Assembly: GCA_045563715.1 (NCBI GenBank)
Contig: JBJLIP010000001.1
Location: 129,131-193,130, forward strand
Length of the DNA stretch: 64,000 nucleotides
Source: Gammaproteobacteria bacterium
GTDB lineage: Bacteria > Pseudomonadota > Gammaproteobacteria > Magnimaribacterales > D2472
Direction: 5' to 3'
Of the stretch, positions 1 through 9,817 are shown piece after piece. A program made the position numbers and the translations under genes. Under the pieces are notes generated by a model. The model ran no database searches and had not been told where the DNA came from. It saw only the letters and a program-made list of their open reading frames with translations. Positions within the stretch are counted from its first letter, which is position 1; every line of letters starts with the position of its first letter.

Positions 1-10
1 CTAAATTATT

Positions 11-976
11 GTGAAAAAATATAACTACATAGCATCGGCAAAAAGAACATTAAAGATAGAATCTGATTCTATTTCGGCTCTTGGAAAACAGCTTGATAAT
101 TCCTTTACAACTCTATGTGAGAAGGTGGCCTCTAGCAAAGGTAAGTTTGTAATAATGGGTGTTGGCAAGTCTGGTCATATTGCTCAGAAAATATCTGCCA
201 CATTATCAAGCACCGGGACACCTTCAATATTTATTCATCCAACAGAAGCTGCTCATGGAGATATGGGATTAATTAATAAAAAAGATATTGTTCTTTTGAT
301 ATCTAATTCTGGTGAAACTGATGAAATAATTAATATACTTACATCACTTAAAAGACATTCAAAAGAGATCGCTTCATTGACCAGTGATAATTCTTCAACT
401 ATTGCTAAATCTGCAGATATTAAAATTAAAATTAAATCTAAAAAGGAGGCATGTCCCTTAGATTTGGCTCCAACATCTTCCACAACAAATGCTTTAGCAT
501 TTGGAGATGCGCTGGCAATTGCATTGCTTGAAGCAAAAGGTTTTACAAAAAATGATTTTGCTTCTTCTCATCCAGCTGGAAAATTAGGAAAGAAGCTTAT
601 TACAAAAGTTAGTGATTTGATGCATAAAGGTAGCTCTGTACCAAAAGTATCGCCCAACACTATACTTGATAAAGCTTTGCTAGAAATAACCAAAAAAAAC
701 TTAGGAATAACTTTAGTTGTTGATAAGACAAAAGTCGTTGGAATATTTACAGATGGCGACCTTAGGAGATCTATAAATAATAAAGTAGATATTCAACAAA
801 CCAAAATTAAAGACCTCATGACCAAGTCATATAAAACAATAAGCTCGAATGCATTAGCAGTAGATGCTGCAAAAATTATGGAAAAAAATAAGATTTTTAC
901 ATTAGTGGTAACAGAGAAGAAAAAATATGTAGGTGTCATTTCTATGCATGATTTAATTGAAGCCAGGATACTTTAA
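11..976 (+). CDS. kdsD: Arabinose-5-phosphate isomerase (SIS domain plus tandem CBS domains)
   Basis: 321-aa ORF with a GTG start. SIS phosphosugar-binding motif (VIMGVGKSGHIAQKISATLSSTGTPS) and a C-terminal CBS pair. Lies upstream of lptA-lptB-rpoN, as in the canonical gammaproteobacterial locus. Confidence 0.9.
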   Translation: MKKYNYIASAKRTLKIESDSISALGKQLDNSFTTLCEKVASSKGKFVIMGVGKSGHIAQKISATLSSTGTPSIFIHPTEAAHGDMGLINKKDIVLLISNSGETDEIINILTSLKRHSKEIASLTSDNSSTIAKSADIKIKIKSKKEACPLDLAPTSSTTNALAFGDALAIALLEAKGFTKNDFASSHPAGKLGKKLITKVSDLMHKGSSVPKVSPNTILDKALLEITKKNLGITLVVDKTKVVGIFTDGDLRRSINNKVDIQQTKIKDLMTKSYKTISSNALAVDAAKIMEKNKIFTLVVTEKKKYVGVISMHDLIEARIL

Positions 977-1384
977 TTGAAAAATTTACTTTTAGTCCTA
1001 ACAATACTGCTCTTTCCTTTTAAAGTTTCATCAGACTTCAAAAGTGACATAAAAATTAATTCAAATTCTATTGAGTTTTTAAAGGAGTCTAATAAGATTA
1101 ATTTTCTGGATAATGTAGAAATTAATTCAGAATACGTCAATATTAAAGCTAATTCTGCAACTTATGATCAAAACAAAGATGTTATATCTTTTTCAGGAAC
1201 TCCTACCTTAATTAAATCAAAAAAAAATGAAGGTCTTTTTGATGGAAGAGCAGAAAAAATATTATTTTTTAATGATGAAGAAATCCATCTCATTGGTAAT
1301 GCTTCAATGACATATGAAAACGTATCCGTATCATCAAATGTAATAATTTTTAATCCTCAAAACGGCAAGATAGCATCAGGATGA
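977..1384 (+). CDS. lptA: LptA-like periplasmic LPS-transport protein (OstA-N fold), unusually short
   Basis: 135-aa ORF with a TTG start directly after the kdsD stop. N-terminal hydrophobic signal/anchor (LLLVLTILLFPF). Repetitive beta-jellyroll-like segments align by eye to E. coli LptA (NVEINSEYVNIKANSATYDQ...LIGNASMTYENVSVSSNVIIF). Sits immediately upstream of lptB. Confidence 0.65.
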   Translation: MKNLLLVLTILLFPFKVSSDFKSDIKINSNSIEFLKESNKINFLDNVEINSEYVNIKANSATYDQNKDVISFSGTPTLIKSKKNEGLFDGRAEKILFFNDEEIHLIGNASMTYENVSVSSNVIIFNPQNGKIASG

Positions 1385-1390
1385 TAATTT

Positions 1391-2104
1391 ATGTTAAAAG
1401 TTAAGGAAATATCCAAAACAATAAAAGAAAAAAAAATTCTTTCTCAAGTAAGCTTCCAGGTCGGTAAGGGTGATGTATATGGGTTGCTTGGTCCTAATGG
1501 CGCAGGTAAAACAACCACTTTCTATATAATTGCTGGCCTTGTAACATCAGACAAAGGAAAGGTTTTGCTTCTTGATAAAGATATTTCAAATCTACCCATG
1601 CACAAAAGATCTAAATTGGGTATTAAATATTTACCTCAAGAACCTTCTATTTTTCAGGGATTGACTGTTTACGAAAACCTTAAAGGTTTAGCTGAATTAT
1701 CATTTAATGATCAAAATAGTATCAACAAATTTATTGATAGTTCTATTGAGGAGTTTGGCCTGTCTGAAATATCTAATTTGAAAGGGAGGCAGCTTTCAGG
1801 TGGGCAAAGAAGAAAGGTTGAGATTGCAAGAACTCTAGCAGCTGATCCAAAAGTAATACTTATGGATGAGCCTTTTGCTGGTATTGATCCAATTGCAATT
1901 GAGGACATAAAGAATGTTTTGAAAAAATTAGTAGAAAAAGATATTGGGGTGCTAATTACAGACCACAATGTGAGAGAAACATTAGAAATATGTAATCAAG
2001 CTGCAATAATTAACAATGGTGAGATTATTGCAGAAGGTGATAAAGACAAATTAATTAATGATGAGTTAGTTAAAAAAGTTTATCTTGGAGATATGTATAA
2101 TTAG
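1391..2104 (+). CDS. lptB: LPS export ABC transporter ATP-binding protein
   Basis: 237 aa. Walker A GPNGAGKTT, ABC signature LSGGQRRKVEIAR, Walker B ILMDEPFAGID. Position between lptA and rpoN. Confidence 0.92.
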   Translation: MLKVKEISKTIKEKKILSQVSFQVGKGDVYGLLGPNGAGKTTTFYIIAGLVTSDKGKVLLLDKDISNLPMHKRSKLGIKYLPQEPSIFQGLTVYENLKGLAELSFNDQNSINKFIDSSIEEFGLSEISNLKGRQLSGGQRRKVEIARTLAADPKVILMDEPFAGIDPIAIEDIKNVLKKLVEKDIGVLITDHNVRETLEICNQAAIINNGEIIAEGDKDKLINDELVKKVYLGDMYN

Positions 2105-3373
2105 ATGGGTATACTTTTATCTAAAAATCTTAGACAAAAACAAAGTGTCACACTTACACCAACTTTAAAAAAATCTATTGATCTTCTTCAGTTATCTAGG
2201 TTTGAACTAATAAAAAAAATTGAAAAAGAAATAGATGAAAATCCATTCCTTCAAAAAGATCAAGATTTTGAAAAAATTGATGGATCATACAGTCAAGATT
2301 TTAATTTTGAAATAGAATCAAAGGTTACACTAAGAGAAAGTCTTATTGGGCAATTAAGTGATTTCAGTCTTAATAAAAAACAGACTGAGTTATCAAAAAT
2401 CATAATTGATTGTATTGATGAAAATGGAATGTTGGTTGATGAAATATCTGAAATTGAAAAAATGTCTAAATACACCTTTAATGCGGATGATATTGAAAAA
2501 ATTCTTTTAAATGTAATACAAAAAATGAATCCGCCTGGCATTGGTTTTAGGAATCATAAAGAATGCATAAGAATACAAATATCTTCCAGCAATTTATCAA
2601 AAAAAAAGAAATCATTGATAATGAAGATAATATTTAATAAAGATTTGGATAATCTAAAGTTGATAAGAAGCAGTTTAGCTCAACAAGGTTTTTCTGAAGA
2701 TGATCTCAATGATGCGCTGAAGGAAATTCAAAAATGTGACCTTAGTCCTGGTCTTAATTATAAAAAAATTAAATACATTGAACCCGATTTAAAAATTACA
2801 CTTGTGAATGAAGATATTAAGGTAAGTTTTATTGATGAAAGCTTTCCAGCAATAAAAACAGATGACAATCTTATAAATCAAGTTAAAAAAGAATTAAAAA
2901 TTAATAAAAATCCTAGTATTTTAAAAAAAATTAATGAAGCAAAGTGGCTTTTAACATCTGTACAAAAAAGAAATGATACGGTAAGAAAAGTTGGTGAGTA
3001 TATCTGTTCTAAACAAATTGCATTTTTTGAAAATAATCCACTAAAAATTAATACCTTAAACAACAAAGAAATAGCCAGCCAAATAGGTGTTCATCCCTCG
3101 ACTATTTCGAGAATATTGAGATATAAATATATCGATACTCCAAAAGGTGTAATACCCTTAAAATCACTGCTTGTATCTTCAGTTTCAAAAATAAGAGATA
3201 TTTCTAATTCACAGTTAATGAGATTAATTAAAGATATCGTTGATAAAGAAAAAAAGCCAAAAAGTGATAATAAAATAGCTATTGAACTTAATAAAAAAGG
3301 TTACGGTTTGGCTAGGAGAACTATCTCCAAATATAGAAAAATGAATAATATACCCCCATCCAGGAGTAGATAA
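2105..3373 (+). CDS. rpoN: RNA polymerase sigma-54 factor
   Basis: 422 aa. Region I leucine/glutamine patch (LTPTLKKSIDLLQLSRFEL), HTH region and C-terminal RpoN box (ARRTISKYR). The ATG directly abuts the lptB stop. Confidence 0.92.
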   Translation: MGILLSKNLRQKQSVTLTPTLKKSIDLLQLSRFELIKKIEKEIDENPFLQKDQDFEKIDGSYSQDFNFEIESKVTLRESLIGQLSDFSLNKKQTELSKIIIDCIDENGMLVDEISEIEKMSKYTFNADDIEKILLNVIQKMNPPGIGFRNHKECIRIQISSSNLSKKKKSLIMKIIFNKDLDNLKLIRSSLAQQGFSEDDLNDALKEIQKCDLSPGLNYKKIKYIEPDLKITLVNEDIKVSFIDESFPAIKTDDNLINQVKKELKINKNPSILKKINEAKWLLTSVQKRNDTVRKVGEYICSKQIAFFENNPLKINTLNNKEIASQIGVHPSTISRILRYKYIDTPKGVIPLKSLLVSSVSKIRDISNSQLMRLIKDIVDKEKKPKSDNKIAIELNKKGYGLARRTISKYRKMNNIPPSRSR

Positions 3374-3396
3374 ATTTTCTAAGTTACAATTGTTTT

Positions 3397-4740
3397 ATGA
3401 CTGCTATAAAAAATAATGATAATTTAAAGGTCATATTAGATGATTCTTTAGACTTATCTATAAATCAAATAAGAAGGCTGTTATCAAACATGTCCTCATC
3501 TGAAATAGCGCATGCTCTCGAATCATCTCCACCTAAGCAAAGAAATCTTTTATTTTCACTGTTAAAAACCGAAGAAGAGGGAGATGTCCTATTTGAATTG
3601 GGAGAAGAAATTCAACAAGATTTGATTTCAAATATCTCAAATGAAGAGCTAGCGGAGGCTGTAAAGGAGCTAGAGCTAGATGAAATTGTAGATATTCTTC
3701 AAAATCTCCCTGAAGAAAGAATGAAAAAGATCCTCTCAAATATGTCAAAGGTAGATAGAAAAAGAATTGAGATGGGTCTCACTTTTCCAGAAAATACTGC
3801 AGGTGGACTGCTAAATACTGATGTGATAAGTGTGCGCCCATATAATTCAATTAATGAAGTAATAAGCTATCTTAGGGATCTTGGAGAATTGCCGGAAAAT
3901 ACAGATAAGATTTTTGTAGTTAATGATATAAATGAATATTTAGGAGAATTATCAATTAGTGAGATTATCACATCAAACCCATCAATGATTGTAAGAGAGA
4001 TTATGAAAACTGAAGTACTTCCTATCAATGTTAATATTGATGATAAAGAAGTAGCAACATTATTTGAAAGAAATAATTTGATTTCATCTTCTGTAATTGA
4101 TGATGATAATAAATTAATAGGAAGAATTACTATTGATGATGTTGTTGATGTTATCCGTGAGGATGCTGACCAAAACTTACTAGGAATGGCTGGCGTTGCT
4201 GAAGATACCTTTGCTCCACCAGGTAGAGCGGCAAAGAGTAGAGTTTTCTGGCTTAGCATGAATCTCCTAACTGCCTTTATTGCAGCTACTACAATAAATA
4301 TTTTCCAAGACGTTATTGATAAATTTGTTTACTTGGCAATACTTATGCCTATAGTTGCAAGCATGGGTGGCGTGGCGGCTACACAAACACTAACGATAGT
4401 TTTACGTGGATTGACCTTAGAGCAAATAAACTCCTCAAATATAAAATGGTTATTCAAGAGGGAGTTAGCTGTTTCAATATTAAATGGCATTGTTTTATCA
4501 ATTTTGGTAGGTGTCATAACATATATCTGGTTTCAAGAATTGGCAATATCCTTGCTAATATCATGCGCTTTAGTAATAAATCTTATAAGCTCAGTTATTG
4601 CTGGCATACTAGTTCCCCTAATTCTTAGAAAACTAAAACAGGACCCAGCAATCGGCGGAAGTGTGGTTGTTACAACAGTAACAGATGTAATCGGATTTAT
4701 TTCGTTCTTAGGATTGGCAACAATATATCTCTATAACTAA
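3397..4740 (+). CDS. mgtE: Magnesium transporter MgtE
   Basis: 447 aa. MgtE N-domain, CBS pair and five C-terminal TM helices, with the typical ending (PAIGGSVVVTTVTDVIGFISFLGLA). Confidence 0.9.
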   Translation: MTAIKNNDNLKVILDDSLDLSINQIRRLLSNMSSSEIAHALESSPPKQRNLLFSLLKTEEEGDVLFELGEEIQQDLISNISNEELAEAVKELELDEIVDILQNLPEERMKKILSNMSKVDRKRIEMGLTFPENTAGGLLNTDVISVRPYNSINEVISYLRDLGELPENTDKIFVVNDINEYLGELSISEIITSNPSMIVREIMKTEVLPINVNIDDKEVATLFERNNLISSSVIDDDNKLIGRITIDDVVDVIREDADQNLLGMAGVAEDTFAPPGRAAKSRVFWLSMNLLTAFIAATTINIFQDVIDKFVYLAILMPIVASMGGVAATQTLTIVLRGLTLEQINSSNIKWLFKRELAVSILNGIVLSILVGVITYIWFQELAISLLISCALVINLISSVIAGILVPLILRKLKQDPAIGGSVVVTTVTDVIGFISFLGLATIYLYN

Positions 4741-7088
4741 TTTAATCTCTCGATCAAAGGCTCTTCGACTGAACCTTTTACTTTGAATTTAAATGTTGAA
4801 ACATTATCAATATTATCTTCAAAAACATTTTCTAATACTAGACCTCCTGCCAAAGCCGGAATGCCACCAAAAATTGCAGCATACCATGGAATATTTTCTG
4901 AAACTTTTAGCCTCATATCTAAGTCTAGGTTTAAATTATTAAGAATACCTTCAGAGTTTTTATATATATCGCCCTTCCAGCTCATTTTAGCCTCACTCGT
5001 TTCAATCTTAATTGGATTTCTAATTAATGCCCTATTTTGCCCAATATAGAAATCACCTTCAGCTCTATTAATATACAAATTTGAAGATGTTATGTTTACT
5101 TCATTATTAATATTTTCAATTACGGCATTCAAATTAAATATTTTTAATGCTCTCAAAAGTGCAGAATCTCCAAGCGAAGTATCAGATTTAAAATCTTTTA
5201 ACAGGAAATCTATCCGACCTTCTAAATTTTTTAATTGCTTCATGCTGTTCCATTGAATATTCAAATCTGTAGATAAATACTCAAAATCATAGTCAATAAA
5301 AGCTTTTAATGGCTTGTTTTCATTATTAATTTTATACGATCCCCTTACCCTATACATGTCATTTGTTCTGTTATAGCTTATAAAAGCTTTTTCATTATTA
5401 TTGTCGGGACCAATATTTAAATTTTTACTTGAGGCATTTATATTATCTAGTGTCGTTATACTTTCATTTCTTAATAAATAAAAATCAATATCTTGAAAAA
5501 GATTATCGTATGTTTGAATATTTCTACCAACAAATCTTAAATTTATTTCCTCAATATTGAAATTGTTTTGAGATTTATTTATCTCTATGTCCTTAAATTC
5601 AAATTTTGTATCAAAAAGATCGATTCTCATGAAACCTGTTTCGTCAACCTTAATCATTCCATTAAGATCTTTTCCTGCAAAAACAGCGTCTATATTATTT
5701 TCTTTGAAATAAACTTCAAATTCTTGATCGTTGTATGTATTCTCAAAAAAATTAAGTTCTTTGATTTTTGACTTAATTGAGATTAAACCTGATGTTTTGT
5801 TTACTTGGTTACTGAATGAAAGTTTGTTCATATCTAATTTTTTTAAAGATAAGAATATGTAAAAACCATCTTTATAATCTATGAGTTGTATATCTTTGTA
5901 ATAATTATTTCCAAACGCAAAATATCCTGTGTTATTTGGACCGATGTGTGATCTAAAATTTGCATTCTTTATAAAATATGTAGGTTTAGACAAATCACTT
6001 ATATTAATTTTTGTCTTTAAGTTTTTGCCTTTATTTTTATTTAAATCATCAATAACAGAAGTAATTCTTGTGTTAGATAAATTCGTTTCTAAATCAAGCG
6101 AGACTATGTCATCATTTATAGTTAACACTCCCATAAACTCTTCCAGACCATCTAATTGTAAGTACTGATCATAATTAGCAATCTTGCTCATATCAAATTT
6201 TAGTTTAGATCTTACTGTGACTAATTGATCTTTAATCAAAATTGAGCCTTTGATATTCTGATCAGGTATTGAAGCATTAAATATACCGCTAAGATTTTTA
6301 TTTAGATTGGTATTTATAACCAAGTCTATTTCTTTAATTGAGTATTCTGTATTGGTGATAAGTGATGATTTATTAAAAATAAATTTATTTAAATTTCTTA
6401 AATCTTTTAAATCTGTATCAAAGTAACCCTTACTTTGAATTTTTAGATCTATCTCATAGTCTAGGAATGCTTCTAAATTGATTAATTTCTCATTATCAAT
6501 AATTTTTTCATCGAGATTGAATACAGCAGAATAGAAAATCTTATTTGAGCCATATTCATTGAAGATATTCAATTCTTTAAAAATAATGTTATTAAGTTTC
6601 CCATTATCATTAGTTATGGATATTTTCCCATTATGACTTTCAATTAAGCTATTATTTGCTTGAAGATTATATATTTCAGATTTTATATCTGTTTTGTTAA
6701 CAATGAGTTTAAAGTCTTTCCTCTGAATTGAATTCGGCCTATTAACATATGAAAAATCTTTTAAATCTAAAAATGTTAAGTTAATTTGTTTTGTCGTAAA
6801 TGACTTAACAAGGTTAATTCCTACAGCAATTTTTTCAGCTTCTAATATTGTTTTATTATTTGTATCTTTGACAACTATATCTTCAAAATTAAAACCTGGA
6901 GATATAAGATCCCTGTCTGAATCAACACTTTTGTACTCAATAATAAAATCATCACTAAAGTACTTATTAGCTACAAAAATTATATTTTCAGGCTTATAGA
7001 TTAAAGAAATATAAGTTATTACTATTGTTAAGAACAATAAAACTGTTATAAACAACAAAGAAATGAATGTTTTTTTTATAACTGTCAT
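4737..7088 (-). CDS. AsmA/YhdP-like inner-membrane-anchored protein, reduced size
   Basis: 783 aa. Single N-terminal TM helix (FISLLFITVLLFLTIVITYISLI) followed by a long, Asn/Lys-rich, beta-rich body. The C-terminal segment (IPWYAAIFGGIPALAGGLVLENVF...FKFKVKGSVEEPLI) resembles the conserved YhdP/TIGR02099 C-terminus as I recall it. Lies directly downstream of mreBCD, where yhdP sits in enterobacteria. Confidence 0.5.
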   Translation of the reverse strand: MTVIKKTFISLLFITVLLFLTIVITYISLIYKPENIIFVANKYFSDDFIIEYKSVDSDRDLISPGFNFEDIVVKDTNNKTILEAEKIAVGINLVKSFTTKQINLTFLDLKDFSYVNRPNSIQRKDFKLIVNKTDIKSEIYNLQANNSLIESHNGKISITNDNGKLNNIIFKELNIFNEYGSNKIFYSAVFNLDEKIIDNEKLINLEAFLDYEIDLKIQSKGYFDTDLKDLRNLNKFIFNKSSLITNTEYSIKEIDLVINTNLNKNLSGIFNASIPDQNIKGSILIKDQLVTVRSKLKFDMSKIANYDQYLQLDGLEEFMGVLTINDDIVSLDLETNLSNTRITSVIDDLNKNKGKNLKTKINISDLSKPTYFIKNANFRSHIGPNNTGYFAFGNNYYKDIQLIDYKDGFYIFLSLKKLDMNKLSFSNQVNKTSGLISIKSKIKELNFFENTYNDQEFEVYFKENNIDAVFAGKDLNGMIKVDETGFMRIDLFDTKFEFKDIEINKSQNNFNIEEINLRFVGRNIQTYDNLFQDIDFYLLRNESITTLDNINASSKNLNIGPDNNNEKAFISYNRTNDMYRVRGSYKINNENKPLKAFIDYDFEYLSTDLNIQWNSMKQLKNLEGRIDFLLKDFKSDTSLGDSALLRALKIFNLNAVIENINNEVNITSSNLYINRAEGDFYIGQNRALIRNPIKIETSEAKMSWKGDIYKNSEGILNNLNLDLDMRLKVSENIPWYAAIFGGIPALAGGLVLENVFEDNIDNVSTFKFKVKGSVEEPLIERLN

Positions 7089-7090
7089 GT

Positions 7091-7564
7091 TTATTTTTCT
7101 AGTCTAAATATTTTTGGAAAATATGAAGAAAAAATAGCTACACCAAAACAAAAAACAATATTAAAGACGGTACTTATTATCAAAGTTAAGTAAGAAAAAT
7201 TATAAAGATTTAAAACAAGTTGCGTAAATCCAACATATCCTGCCGCTGAAAGTCCAAAAAATAAACAAATCTGTAAGTAAGAAAATATTTTAAACTTATT
7301 TGAATAAGATTGAATTAGGTATGTGATTACACAAAATAACGTTGCATTAAGACCAAAATAGGAACCCTGTATAAGGTCAACAAATAATCCTACTAAAAAA
7401 GCTGCAATTGGGCTTGTGTTTGTGTTCGATCTATAAACATACAAAGAATATCCTAAAAAGGTTAATGGAAGAATTATAGAAAATTTAGACATAAGCCCAA
7501 CAAAACTTAATTCAATATAATTTAAAAATATAAGGGCTATTATATTTTTTATAAATTTACTCAT
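7091..7564 (-). CDS. mreD: Rod shape-determining protein MreD
   Basis: 157-aa polytopic membrane protein immediately downstream of mreC, with a 4-nt overlap. The call rests mainly on position and hydrophobic profile. Confidence 0.75.
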   Translation of the reverse strand: MSKFIKNIIALIFLNYIELSFVGLMSKFSIILPLTFLGYSLYVYRSNTNTSPIAAFLVGLFVDLIQGSYFGLNATLFCVITYLIQSYSNKFKIFSYLQICLFFGLSAAGYVGFTQLVLNLYNFSYLTLIISTVFNIVFCFGVAIFSSYFPKIFRLEK

Positions 7565-8397
7565 TGATCTAATAGCACACCAAATAAATTGTTATCTAAT
7601 GGGTTTGCAGACAATTTGATTTCTATATCCTTTCTTGTGGGCGATATATCTGAAATATTTATAGCATTTCCTATTTTAATATCCTTTGGAAAAACCCCTC
7701 CCATTCCTGATGTATAAAATATTTCATTTGATGGGATCTCTTCCTTCCAAACTAAAGGATTATATGAACAAATAATAATATCTGCTTTGCCACTACCCCT
7801 TCCATTACAAAAAAACTTATCTGAAAGAGATTTAACTGGCACTGAGTGAGAAATATCTGTTAAGAGAATTACTTCAAGGTATTTTCCTTCATTTGAAACT
7901 TGACCAATAATTCCCGAGGAACTAAAAACAACACTTTCTTTTGCAGCTTGTTTGATATCTGATATGACTTCGATATACATCCTATGTTTATCGCAGCAAT
8001 TAAAAACATTTGGATCTAAGTTTTTTAATTCTGCAACAGAGTAATTAGTGAAGCTATTATGCTCAAATGGATGTTTGAGAACATTTTTATCTTTGTAAAA
8101 ATTATTTTCTCTAGAAATTAGGTAATTATTTAAATAACTTACATCTAGGGCTTTTTTTAAACTTTCATTTTCTTTTATTAATGCTTTTTTTGTCTTAGAT
8201 CGATTAAAATTTTCTCTAAGAAGGTCAATAGTATAGTTTTTTAAAATATAGGAAGTTGTAATTACTAATGAATTGTAGGTGTGTCTGATTTTGTTCAGAT
8301 TATCAGTTTTGTAATCTATAAATAAAATACCTACACCTAAAAAAATACATAATAAATATAGAATCTTTTGACCAGGAGTAGGAGTAATCCTAGCCAT
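7561..8397 (-). CDS. mreC: Rod shape-determining protein MreC
   Basis: 278 aa. N-terminal TM, coiled-coil segment, and a C-terminal beta domain with the SSGIIGQV and TSGMGGVFPKDIKIG motifs typical of MreC. Lies downstream of mreB. Confidence 0.8.
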   Translation of the reverse strand: MARITPTPGQKILYLLCIFLGVGILFIDYKTDNLNKIRHTYNSLVITTSYILKNYTIDLLRENFNRSKTKKALIKENESLKKALDVSYLNNYLISRENNFYKDKNVLKHPFEHNSFTNYSVAELKNLDPNVFNCCDKHRMYIEVISDIKQAAKESVVFSSSGIIGQVSNEGKYLEVILLTDISHSVPVKSLSDKFFCNGRGSGKADIIICSYNPLVWKEEIPSNEIFYTSGMGGVFPKDIKIGNAINISDISPTRKDIEIKLSANPLDNNLFGVLLDQ

Positions 8398-8402
8398 ATT
8401 AA

Positions 8403-9452
8403 TTATTCAGATGATAGAAGGTCGATATTGTATTTATCCATTATTTCAAGAGCCTGGCCTCCACCTCTTGCTACACAGGTTAATGGATCTTCAGCAACAA
8501 TTACTGGAATTCCAGTTGAGTTTGAAATAAGTTTGTCTAAATCTCTTAATAATGCGCCGCCACCTGTTAAAACAATTCCCCTCTCTGCTATGTCGGCTGC
8601 AAGCTCAGGAGGTGATAGCTCTAAAGCATTTCTAATTGCTCTAACCATTCCATACAGTGGATCTTTCATTGCTTCAAAGATTTGTTCACTGTTAATAGTG
8701 AATGTTTCTGGTATGCCCTCTGCAAGGTTTCTCCCAGTTATAGACATTTCAAGTTTTTCTGACTCAGCTGTAGCGCAACCTATAGTATATTTAATTTTTT
8801 CAGCAGTAGATTCGCCTATTACACAACCATAATTTCTTCTTATCCATGAAGTTATTGAATCATCAAGTTTATCACCACCAATTTTTACTGATTCGGAATA
8901 AACCACACCATTAAGCGATAAAATAGCAACTTCTGAAGTTCCTCCTCCAATATCAACTACCATATTTCCACTAGCCTCTTCAACTGGAAGACCGGCACCA
9001 ATTGCAGCAGCCATTGGTTCTTCAATCAATTTTACATCTCTAGCACCCGCACCAAGGACTGACTCTCTTATTGCTCTTCTTTCTACTTGGGTTGATCTGC
9101 ATGGGACACAAACCAGCACTCTCGGGCTTGGCTTGATAAAGAGTTTTTCATGCACTTTAGCTATAAAATGTTGAAGCATTTTTTCCGTAACTTGAAAGTC
9201 TGCGATAACTCCCTCAGACAAAGGTCTAATTGCTTTTATATTCCCTGGGGTTCGTCCAAGCATTTTTTTTGCTTCTGTTCCAACAGCAACAACCGTTTTT
9301 TGTCCTCTAGACTCCCTTATTGCAACAACTGATGGCTCATTTAAGACAATGCCAACATCTTTTGTATAAATCAAAGTATTGGCTGTACCAAGGTCTATAG
9401 ATAGATCATTGGAGAAGTATCCTCCAATCATTTTAAACAAGTTAAATTTCAC
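8403..9452 (-). CDS. mreB: Rod shape-determining actin homologue MreB
   Basis: 349 aa with strong MreB signatures ([37 protein letters not shown]). GTG start at 9452; an internal ATG (MIGGYF) is an alternative start. Confidence 0.95.
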   Translation of the reverse strand: MKFNLFKMIGGYFSNDLSIDLGTANTLIYTKDVGIVLNEPSVVAIRESRGQKTVVAVGTEAKKMLGRTPGNIKAIRPLSEGVIADFQVTEKMLQHFIAKVHEKLFIKPSPRVLVCVPCRSTQVERRAIRESVLGAGARDVKLIEEPMAAAIGAGLPVEEASGNMVVDIGGGTSEVAILSLNGVVYSESVKIGGDKLDDSITSWIRRNYGCVIGESTAEKIKYTIGCATAESEKLEMSITGRNLAEGIPETFTINSEQIFEAMKDPLYGMVRAIRNALELSPPELAADIAERGIVLTGGGALLRDLDKLISNSTGIPVIVAEDPLTCVARGGGQALEIMDKYNIDLLSSE

Positions 9453-9535
9453 GTGATTCCCTTTAAATAAATTAATTTAAATAATTTGTTAGTTAGGTTA
9501 ATATCATCCCACTAATCTATAATAATATCCTATAT

Positions 9536-9817
9536 ATGGACAAGAAAACAGTAACAACTATATCTTACTTATCAAGACTAAAAATAGACGCTGAAAAAGA
9601 AGAAAAAATAACAAATGATTTAGAGAATATCATTAAATTTGTTGACCAGCTAAATGACGTTGATACCTCCGATATAGAGCCTTTAACAAACCCCTTAGAA
9701 AAAATGGCAAAAACTAGAGATGATAAGGTAACAGCAAAGAATTTAAAGGAAGAATTGCTAGAAATTGCACCATCTTCTAATGAGGACTATTTTTTAGTCC
9801 CAAGGGTGGTTGAGTGA
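9536..9817 (+). CDS. gatC: Glu/Asp-tRNA amidotransferase subunit C
   Basis: 93 aa. Typical GatC N-terminus (ISYLSRLKIDAEKEEK) and 4-nt overlap with gatA. Confidence 0.9.
   Translation: MDKKTVTTISYLSRLKIDAEKEEKITNDLENIIKFVDQLNDVDTSDIEPLTNPLEKMAKTRDDKVTAKNLKEELLEIAPSSNEDYFLVPRVVE

Noticed and set aside
3374-3396. An M-box (Mg2+) riboswitch upstream of mgtE, and similarly a leucine leader/attenuator upstream of leuA (59018-59039).
   Set aside because: The upstream spacers are only 23 nt and 22 nt, far too short for either element.
8368-8832. 154-aa plus-strand ORF, plus many similar ORFs of 60-140 aa. Examples: 3867-4259, 12065-12406, 22711-23073, 36577-36876, 54003-54425, 62389-62769.
   Set aside because: All lie fully antisense to strongly supported housekeeping genes (mreB, mgtE, gatB, rplY, ftsH, pepA, dnaE). 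Their low-complexity Ser/Pro/Ile-rich translations are typical of shadow frames. They have no independent start context and no recognisable motifs.
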